Positions 5,689-12,360 of a stretch of DNA of 12,360 bases are shown here, piece by piece; the stretch's first letter is position 1; every line of letters begins with the position of its first letter. Source of the DNA: Oligoflexia bacterium (GTDB lineage Bacteria; Bdellovibrionota; Bdellovibrionia; JABDDW01); NCBI GenBank assembly GCA_043732305.1, contig JAYTHU010000130.1:1-12360 (forward strand). Direction: 5' to 3'. The notes beneath the pieces are model-generated. The model was not told the origin of the DNA. It did not search any database and saw only the letters and a program-made list of their open reading frames with translations. The position numbers were made by a program, and so were the translations under genes.

Positions 5689-6984
5689 ATGGCCAAACAC
5701 GTTCTTTTTCTTATCATTGTACTCTCGGTAGGGTTGTCAAGCAGCACTCAAGCTCAATCAGATTCGAGCCTCGCCTCAATTATTCAATTGGCTCTTAACA
5801 ATTCTTTGGATCAAAAGGCCGCGAAAGCCGAGATCAAGTATCAGGATGCATCACTGGAGGTCGCGCAAAACGCACGGGCTATTCCCCAAATTACTGCGAC
5901 CGCAGGGTACCAAAGATATTTTTATGACAGTTCCTGGGCTGATTCATCGGGGAAACCTGTTTTCAATGACGGTCAGAAGCCGGCTTACAGCGTTACTATT
6001 TCCTATGATTTACAAAAACTCTTTGGTCCAGAATCAAAAATTGCACAACAAACAGCAAGCCTTTCCAGGACTCAAGAAAAGATTGTTGAAAGAGACATAA
6101 TTAGAAACGTTAAAAAAACTTACTACAGCATCGTAGAAATAAAATCAGAACTAGATGAATTAGGAAACCTTATTACTCTGTTTGCGAAAATAGATCGAAT
6201 TCTCAAAAAACAAAAAAAAATTGGAGTTTACAATGAAATTGAGAGAAAACAATTTCAAGTTCAACAAAGTATTCTCAGTACAGATCTTCAGGTAAGAAGT
6301 TCGGATCTTGAAGCCGCCTACTCGCAATTTTCAATCAATCTTAATCTGAGCGTTGAAGAAGTAAAGCTGCGCTTAGATAAGATTAAAAATGTCCCTGAAT
6401 TAAGTTTTGCCAATCGAAAAAATATAAATTTGAATGAGCTTCAAAAATTTGACGACCAGCAAATGCTTCAAAATCTTGGGCGCGATTACAATGTTTCAAA
6501 AATGGAATATGAAAAATTTAACTCCGTCGCTCTTCCAATAATTTATATCAAGGGAGCACGTGAGCTCCCCACAATGCCTTCAAGTGATGGCTATCAGAGT
6601 ATCGTAGAAGTTGGTATTTCAATTCCAATTGACGGTTTTTTCACTCGGCCTAGTCTTAAATCACAACTAGATGTCAAGACTGAAAAGAATCAGGCTTTAT
6701 TTGAAAGGGCGCTCTTAGATTATCGTAATCAGGTGCGTTTGAATTTAATTGATCTTAAAAGATTCAAAGATCAGTCAGGTGCCCTTGGTGATACCCGCAA
6801 GGAAACAAAGAAGCTTTTGGATAAGTCATTTGTTTTTTACTCACAAAAAAGAATTGATGTTCTGGGTACGCTAGATATTTTCCAGAAATATTTGCAAACA
6901 ACAAGAAATGTGCTCGTTAATAATTTGCAGATTGAAAATATTGATGCGGAACTTGAATATCTTGTTGGTGGTGCTCAGTTATGA
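5689..6984 (+). CDS. TolC-family outer-membrane efflux protein
   Basis: 431 aa with a signal peptide. OEP features: SLASIIQLALNNS.DQKAA...IPQITATAGY, VTISYDL, RNVKKTYY, LPIIYIKG...VGISIPI, YSQKRIDVLGTLD, and C-terminal AELEYLVG. It overlaps the RND start (ATGA). Confidence 0.9.
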   Translation: MAKHVLFLIIVLSVGLSSSTQAQSDSSLASIIQLALNNSLDQKAAKAEIKYQDASLEVAQNARAIPQITATAGYQRYFYDSSWADSSGKPVFNDGQKPAYSVTISYDLQKLFGPESKIAQQTASLSRTQEKIVERDIIRNVKKTYYSIVEIKSELDELGNLITLFAKIDRILKKQKKIGVYNEIERKQFQVQQSILSTDLQVRSSDLEAAYSQFSINLNLSVEEVKLRLDKIKNVPELSFANRKNINLNELQKFDDQQMLQNLGRDYNVSKMEYEKFNSVALPIIYIKGARELPTMPSSDGYQSIVEVGISIPIDGFFTRPSLKSQLDVKTEKNQALFERALLDYRNQVRLNLIDLKRFKDQSGALGDTRKETKKLLDKSFVFYSQKRIDVLGTLDIFQKYLQTTRNVLVNNLQIENIDAELEYLVGGAQL

Positions 6985-9900
6985 AATTCTTTGGTTGGTC
7001 GTTGCAGCGTAGTGTGTCTTTCCTTGCCATTGGAATTTTTCTCACTGTTTTAGGCATTAAAATATTTGGTTCAATGCCGCGCAGTTTATTTCCCGAAGTC
7101 AATTATCCGCGCGTCGTTGTGGAAGTAAATATGGGATACTCACCGCTTCAAGTTATGGAGTGGGGTGTTACTTCTGTTCTTGAAAGAGAACTGCGCTCCG
7201 TCCCTGGAGTAAGGCTCGTCAAATCCACAAGTTCAAGAGGTCTTTCAAATATTGATGTATTTTTGAGAGAGAACGAAGAAGTCACTCTCGCTATTCAAAG
7301 AGTGAACGCTAAAATTGCTGAGGCGAGAACACTAATACCGGCGACTGCACAAATTTCGGTTCGACCTATAACGGCGGCGGCATTTCCAGCAGCTGAGTAT
7401 TGCTTCACGTCAAAAACAAAGAATGCTCGAGATCTTCGCTCCTTTGTTGAGTACACCATTCGGCCTCTGATCATGGTCATCCCTGGAATATTTGATACCA
7501 AGGTGCTTGGCGGAAATGTTCCAGAATTTAGCGTTGAACTTGATTCCAAAAAATTAGCGTATAGAAATCTCAACGTTTCAGATATTAGAGATCGACTTAA
7601 AAATTCGAATGGCGTGGATTTTCTTGGCCCAGTAGAAACAGAGGGCGCCCAAGTTCTCGCATTTGGAGGTAAGTTTGTTAAAACGCCTGAAGACATTTCA
7701 AATATTGTTATTGATTCTAGTCTGGGTCAAGCCGTGCGCATTGGGGATTTGGGACAGGTTAAGTTAAAAGATGAATGGAAAACTAAGGATGTCAGTCTTA
7801 ACGGCGTTGAATGCGTTGGGTTGGACGTTTTCTACCAGAGTGGCATTGATCAAAAAATTACGTCTCGTGAAGTCTCTAGCACAATCACTAGCGTTATTAG
7901 CAAAAATCCTCAAGAGACCTTTAGAAGTTGGGATCTCAATGACTTTACTGACGCGGCCACAAATGCAGTCATTTTGGATCTTAGTGTTGGAATGCTTATC
8001 ATCACCCTCATTACCTTTCTGTTTCTAAGAAGTATTAAATATTGCATCATCGCATTACTAACAATGCCTTTAGCCGCTTGCTTCACGTTCTTGGCAATGT
8101 CTTACTTCGGTTTATCTATTAATCTTATGACTCTGGGTGGACTCACCGCTGCTATTGGTCTTGTTGTCGATAACACTGTTATTATTTTAGAAATGTATCA
8201 TCATCTAAAAATGTCATGGCCAAATAAATCAAAAATTAAATTATTGGCTGAAACACTTCATTCTGTATCTCGACCTATGCTCTTTGGAACAGCAACCATC
8301 GCGCTTGTTTTTACACCAATCAGTTATCTTTCAGGTGTCTCGGGGATGTTTTTTGCGCCCATGGCTCATGTGCACAGTGCGGCTCTTATCATATCGGTGT
8401 TTTTGGCTCTATTCATCGTTCCAGGACTCATTATTCTTTTTGATCGAAAGAGCGTTTCCATTACGACGCATAAAGATTTTGAGAGTAGCAGATTTGCAAA
8501 ACGTTATAGCGCTTTGCTGCGTTGGGGATTGAGACGCTCGAAAGTGGGTACATTAGCTTTTTTAATTGTTCCACTTTGTGCAACTTTACTTCTTCCTTTG
8601 GCACAGACAGGATTCTTGCCTGAATGGGATGAGGGTGATCTGGTCATAGATTTTAGAGCAGTGACTCCAATGAGTTTATCGGCAACCGTCGCAAAAATTA
8701 AACCTGTGGAAGAATATCTCAATAAAAATATTCCGGAATTAGATTTTTTTATACGCAAAGTTGGGACGAGCCTAGGGGAATATAACAAGGCGCCTTACGT
8801 TGGTGAAATTGTCGTCAAGCTCAAGAAAGATCGCAAAAGATCAGTATTCAAAATTAAAGAACAAATCGCTTCGCAGGTTGGTAAATTAGCTGAAGGTTTG
8901 GAGTTTGATTTGTTTCAAATTCTGCCAGACAGGCTCAATGATCTCAGCGGCTCCGCAAAACCCATCGTGCTTTATCTCCATGGTCAAGATGAAAATAAAA
9001 TGGATCAGGCATCTGAGTTTTATAAAAAGGCCCTTTCAGAAATTAAAGGCCTAGATTCTGTTCGTATCGAGGAGCCGGAAAAAGCATCTGAAATACTTTT
9101 TAATATAGATGAAACACTTTCTCGCGCTCTGGATCTTAATCCAAATGCCATAAATGAAAATGTGAAGTTCGGATTATTCTCCCTTGATACAAGTTCAGTA
9201 CAGGTGGGGCCTCAATCAATTCCAATCCGTCTTAGGAGTGCAGATCAGTCAAAAATCTCATCGCTGGAAAATATTTCTATCTTCACTACCAAAGGAGGCT
9301 TAGAGAAGATCACGCGTTTGGGAAAAATAGAGGAGACCAAGACTCGAATTGAATCGAGTCATATTGATGGCTCTCCTGTTCGTACACTTACCGCTGAGCT
9401 ATCGGGTAGAGATCTTGGAAATGTCGTTAAAGACATTCAAAGTGTGATTGCAAAAAAACCACTAGACGGTATCTATCCAGAGTTGGCCGGGGACTACCAA
9501 ATGCAGCAAAAGTCATTTAAAGAATTAATCTTTGCCTTTTTAACTGGCCTCATTCTGATTTTACTTACAACCTTGCTCTTCTCCAATCGTTTAAGAGTCG
9601 CCGCTCTTCTAACGGTATGTTCCATTGTCCCACCAACAATGGGGTTGCTTGGGTGCATTCTTTTTAAAGTTCCACTGGACGTGAGTTCTTTTTCTGGATT
9701 GATTTCTGTCACTGGAATTTCTGTGGCTAACTGCCTTATGGCTCTATCTGTTATTGAATGTTTGCCGGAGCACATTACAGATTTTGGCCTATCAGTCCAA
9801 AAAGGAATGGTGAGTCGTCTCAGGCCCATTCTCATGACAAATATCGCCGCTATGGCGGGCTTTGTTCCCATCGCAATTGGCCTAGCATCTGGTGATGAGA

Positions 9901-10019
9901 TTTTACGCCCTTTTTCAATAGCTGTGATTGCTGGTTTATTTGGAGCAATCTACACGACACTCATCTTGTTTCCACTCTTTTACTCCCATTATGCTAAACG
10001 TTATGAGAATGTCGTATGA
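6981..10019 (+). CDS. RND efflux permease (AcrB/CusA/CzcA superfamily, HME-like)
   Basis: 1012 aa. Motifs FPEVNYPRVVV, VKSTSSRGLS, SINLMTLGGLTAAIGLVVDNTVIILE (TM4), SGVSGMFFAPMA, GFLPEWDEG, GRDLG.VV..I and RLRPILMT...GFVPIAIG...G.EILRP.SIAVIAGL. Confidence 0.96.
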   Translation: MKFFGWSLQRSVSFLAIGIFLTVLGIKIFGSMPRSLFPEVNYPRVVVEVNMGYSPLQVMEWGVTSVLERELRSVPGVRLVKSTSSRGLSNIDVFLRENEEVTLAIQRVNAKIAEARTLIPATAQISVRPITAAAFPAAEYCFTSKTKNARDLRSFVEYTIRPLIMVIPGIFDTKVLGGNVPEFSVELDSKKLAYRNLNVSDIRDRLKNSNGVDFLGPVETEGAQVLAFGGKFVKTPEDISNIVIDSSLGQAVRIGDLGQVKLKDEWKTKDVSLNGVECVGLDVFYQSGIDQKITSREVSSTITSVISKNPQETFRSWDLNDFTDAATNAVILDLSVGMLIITLITFLFLRSIKYCIIALLTMPLAACFTFLAMSYFGLSINLMTLGGLTAAIGLVVDNTVIILEMYHHLKMSWPNKSKIKLLAETLHSVSRPMLFGTATIALVFTPISYLSGVSGMFFAPMAHVHSAALIISVFLALFIVPGLIILFDRKSVSITTHKDFESSRFAKRYSALLRWGLRRSKVGTLAFLIVPLCATLLLPLAQTGFLPEWDEGDLVIDFRAVTPMSLSATVAKIKPVEEYLNKNIPELDFFIRKVGTSLGEYNKAPYVGEIVVKLKKDRKRSVFKIKEQIASQVGKLAEGLEFDLFQILPDRLNDLSGSAKPIVLYLHGQDENKMDQASEFYKKALSEIKGLDSVRIEEPEKASEILFNIDETLSRALDLNPNAINENVKFGLFSLDTSSVQVGPQSIPIRLRSADQSKISSLENISIFTTKGGLEKITRLGKIEETKTRIESSHIDGSPVRTLTAELSGRDLGNVVKDIQSVIAKKPLDGIYPELAGDYQMQQKSFKELIFAFLTGLILILLTTLLFSNRLRVAALLTVCSIVPPTMGLLGCILFKVPLDVSSFSGLISVTGISVANCLMALSVIECLPEHITDFGLSVQKGMVSRLRPILMTNIAAMAGFVPIAIGLASGDEILRPFSIAVIAGLFGAIYTTLILFPLFYSHYAKRYENVV

Positions 10020-10049
10020 TGGTAACCTGTCTTCAACGGAGAAACTGAC

Positions 10050-10724
10050 ATGAGAGTTTTAGTTATTGAAGACGACGCGCTGATTGCTCAATTTTTAATA
10101 AAGGGTTTTAAAGAGGCGGGCTTTAACGCCGAAAGTTGTTCAAATGGACAAGACGCTTTAGATCGCGCGATGGCAGAAGATTTTGATCTTTTGATAGTTG
10201 ATGTGATGCTTCCTGGGCGAGATGGGTTTTCTCTTGTGGAAGAACTCAGAAAAAAACAGCGAGACACTCCCGTCCTGTTCTTAAGTGCCAAGAGATCTAC
10301 TGAGGATAGAATTGAGGGGTTGCAACGCGGTGGGGATGACTACATTGTAAAACCATTTTCTTTTTCAGAAGTTTTAGTGCGTGCTCAAACAATTTTAAAA
10401 CGCACTTCAAAACAGTTGGATTTAAAAAAGCTCAAATATCAAGATCTGGAACTGGATCTCCTGACAAGAATTGTTTCTAGAGGGACAAAAGTTATTGAAC
10501 TTCATCCCAAAGAATTTGCTCTCCTTGAGTGTCTCCTTCGCAATCAAGAGCGGGTTCTATCAAAGACACAAATTTTAGAAAAAGTTTGGAAATATGATTT
10601 TGATCCTCAAACCAACGTGGTTGATGCGCTTGTTTGCAGGTTGAGAGTTAAAATCGATAAAGAATTTAAAACGAAATTGATTAAAACTTTTAGAGGTGTG
10701 GGGTATGCGATTCGTGTCGAATAA
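10050..10724 (+). CDS. OmpR/PhoB-family response regulator, CusR/CzcR-like
   Basis: Receiver domain (VIEDD, DVMLPGRDG, FLSA, DDYIVKPF) and winged-helix domain (EFALLECL, WKYDFDPQTNVVD..V.RLR.KID..F...LI.T.RGVGY). GGAG SD. Confidence 0.96.
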   Translation: MRVLVIEDDALIAQFLIKGFKEAGFNAESCSNGQDALDRAMAEDFDLLIVDVMLPGRDGFSLVEELRKKQRDTPVLFLSAKRSTEDRIEGLQRGGDDYIVKPFSFSEVLVRAQTILKRTSKQLDLKKLKYQDLELDLLTRIVSRGTKVIELHPKEFALLECLLRNQERVLSKTQILEKVWKYDFDPQTNVVDALVCRLRVKIDKEFKTKLIKTFRGVGYAIRVE

Positions 10725-12093
10725 GCCGTCGCTCTCATTGAGGATAGGATTACTTTTTTCAATCACTTTCACGGTTGGACTATGTCTTGCTTTTTCATTT
10801 GCATATTATGTTCTTTCTAAATCACTTGAAAAATCAAGTCATGAGGTGATCTCGTCTAAGTCCCACGCAATGGTGTCCATTTTAAAAACTCAAGGTGTGC
10901 CAGGATTGCGGGCCATTATTTTGTCAGAGAAAAGTAGTTTGATAAATGCCTCGTTCATGATCCGTGTGCTCGATATGAATGGCAATCAGATTTTAATCAA
11001 GGAGTCAGTTCAGGAAAAGAAGTTTGATTTTAAAAATGATCTCAACAATGCGTTTAAGCCAACTAATGATACAAGTTGGCAAGCTTTGTCAGCGATAAAT
11101 GATGAAGATAAATTTGATATTTTCACTGAGAAGGTTGATAGCCGATATTTTCTCCAAGTTGGTAAAAGTAGCGAAGATCGAGAAGCTCTACTAGGTAAAA
11201 TATTAAATGTCTTTGGGGCCACCGGAGTCTTGTTTATTTTCTTAAGTGGGGGGCTTGGAATTTGGTACTCGCGTAAGTCATTGAAGCCTCTCCGTGAGCT
11301 TCTTTCAGCCATTCAGGTTATCGAGAAGGGTGATCTTTCACAGAGGGTGCCTCTAGGAAAATCAAATGATGAATTAAAGAATCTTGGGGAAACATTTAAC
11401 CGCATGATTGCAAGAATTGAAAAATTGGTGAGCGTCATGAAAGAATCTTTAGACAACGTCGCTCACGAAATTAGAACACCACTCACCCGCATCCGAATTG
11501 TGGCTGAAGAAGCACTTGTGTGCAATCACCCAGAATTAATTAAAACTGCATTAGAGGATAGCGCGGAGAGCGTTGAAGCTATATCTGGTCTTGTGGATCA
11601 AGTGATGAGTATCTCAGAGGCTGAAGCAGGTGTATTGACGATGCAACTAGAAAACTGCAAGCTGAAGGATTTGATTGAGGACGTTGTAGAAATTTACGAG
11701 TTTGTGGCTCAAGATAAAAACATAGTGGTGGTGATATTACCGATTGATCAAACTCTTGCTTGGAATCTTGATCGAAAGCGAGTTAAACAAGCCATTGGTA
11801 ACTTGCTTGATAACGCCATTAAGTTTTCTCCCAGTGGAGGCACAATTCAACTTTTTGCAGATTTTAAAGAAGATGTTCTAAATATTTCAATTAGCGATGA
11901 GGGTATTGGAATCAATGGCGAGGATATTCCAAAAATTTGGGATCGTCTTTATCGGGGCGATAGAAGCAGATCCACAAAGGGATTGGGTTTGGGTCTCTCT
12001 ATTGTGAAATCAATTGCCATCGCTCATGGCGGCAAGGCTAGTGCCATTCCGAAATCTAAGGGGACTTTATTTTCAATTTCTATCCCGAAATAG
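10705..12093 (+). CDS. Sensor histidine kinase (2 TM, HAMP, HisKA, HATPase), CusS/CzcS-like
   Basis: ORF 10696..12093, with ATG 10705 preferred as start; it overlaps the regulator 3' end. TM1, periplasmic loop, TM2, HAMP (LKPL..L...GDLSQRV...DEL..L..TFN.M), H-box AHEIRTPL, N-box NLLDNAIKF, and G-boxes DEGIGI and GLGLGLSIV. Confidence 0.96.
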   Translation: MRFVSNKPSLSLRIGLLFSITFTVGLCLAFSFAYYVLSKSLEKSSHEVISSKSHAMVSILKTQGVPGLRAIILSEKSSLINASFMIRVLDMNGNQILIKESVQEKKFDFKNDLNNAFKPTNDTSWQALSAINDEDKFDIFTEKVDSRYFLQVGKSSEDREALLGKILNVFGATGVLFIFLSGGLGIWYSRKSLKPLRELLSAIQVIEKGDLSQRVPLGKSNDELKNLGETFNRMIARIEKLVSVMKESLDNVAHEIRTPLTRIRIVAEEALVCNHPELIKTALEDSAESVEAISGLVDQVMSISEAEAGVLTMQLENCKLKDLIEDVVEIYEFVAQDKNIVVVILPIDQTLAWNLDRKRVKQAIGNLLDNAIKFSPSGGTIQLFADFKEDVLNISISDEGIGINGEDIPKIWDRLYRGDRSRSTKGLGLGLSIVKSIAIAHGGKASAIPKSKGTLFSISIPK

Positions 12094-12142
12094 AATTGCT
12101 TTAAGACCAAAGTCTAATCTTTAAATAAATATAATTTACTAA

Positions 12143-12171
12143 TTGCTTTGTTCAAACCATTCACCTAACTT
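12143..12171 (+). promoter_or_regulatory. Candidate sigma70 promoter for the last gene
   Basis: TTGCTT (12143-12148), a 17-nt spacer and TAACTT (12166-12171), with an AT-rich upstream tract. It shares the -10 hexamer of the 5098-5126 candidate. Confidence 0.4.
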
Positions 12172-12218
12172 TGATAAGTAATCTCCATTTTAATTCTAAA
12201 ATTCTGAAAGGTAAAACT

Positions 12219-12360
12219 ATGCGCTCAAAGCTCATTTGGATTTTATTTATTGCTTCTTCAGTCGTGGGGCCGCTTGCCATCTGCGCAGATGCTGTACCTC
12301 AAGGCTCTGCTGGGAACAAATTTGGTGTTCAAGGAGGAGTCAACTTTGGGCTTGGTTCGG
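12219..12360 (+). CDS. Probable outer-membrane beta-barrel (porin/PorT-like) protein, 5' partial fragment
   Basis: GAAAGG SD and ATG 12219. Translation is MRSKLIWILFIASSVVGPLAICADAVPQGSAGNKFGVQGGVNFGLGS. A signal peptide is followed by FGVxGGxNF, a typical first strand of OMP beta-barrel domains. It runs off the right edge. Confidence 0.65.
   Translation, partial: MRSKLIWILFIASSVVGPLAICADAVPQGSAGNKFGVQGGVNFGLGS

Noticed and set aside
4020..6220. Homopolymer runs (T9 at 4020-4028; A6-C-A9 at 6205-6220) as phase-variation or frameshift sites
   Set aside because: They encode in-frame Lys-rich stretches in intact genes and are expected in AT-rich DNA.
5846..11312. Short ORFs nested in the TolC, RND, regulator and kinase genes
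   Set aside because: Alternative-frame or antisense shadows of well-supported genes.
6981..12093. Assigning gene symbols cusA/cusR/cusS or czcA/czcR/czcS
   Set aside because: Family-level similarity is clear, but the diagnostic metal ligands are not evident, so orthology cannot be supported.
12094..12130. Possible terminator after the histidine kinase (AGAC-CAAA-GTCT)
   Set aside because: The stem is too short and weak, with no clear U-tract.
1..12360. CRISPR array, tRNA/rRNA, IS element, integrase or prophage genes
   Set aside because: No regularly spaced repeats, RNA-gene signatures or transposase/integrase motifs seen; intergenic gaps are at most about 210 bp.

Overview
Fairly AT-rich bacterial window, probably from a Bdellovibrionota/Oligoflexia-type organism (inferred from the TIGR02147-family gene and the many orphan exported proteins). 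The left half (minus strand, <1-4305) is a tightly coupled five-gene operon. A TIGR02147/DUF4423 HTH protein leads four signal-peptide proteins: a Gly-rich hydrophobic-hairpin protein, a HExxH metallopeptidase-like protein with ankyrin-like repeats, a 4-Cys protein with a Ser-rich hairpin-like segment, and a DUF4105-like permuted papain-fold enzyme that runs off the left edge and is missing from the ORF track. An array of AGCGA half-sites and a possibly leaderless promoter lie upstream. The middle holds a secreted HNH-type nuclease and a divergent secreted hypothetical protein. The right half (plus strand) encodes a TolC-family channel coupled directly to an RND permease with no periplasmic adaptor gene, then a CusR/CzcR-like response regulator and histidine kinase. 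A perfect 18-bp CusR/HprR-like palindrome precedes this block, and an outer-membrane beta-barrel gene starts at the right edge. I saw no RNA genes, CRISPR arrays or mobile elements. All family assignments come from recognising motifs by eye, not from database searches.
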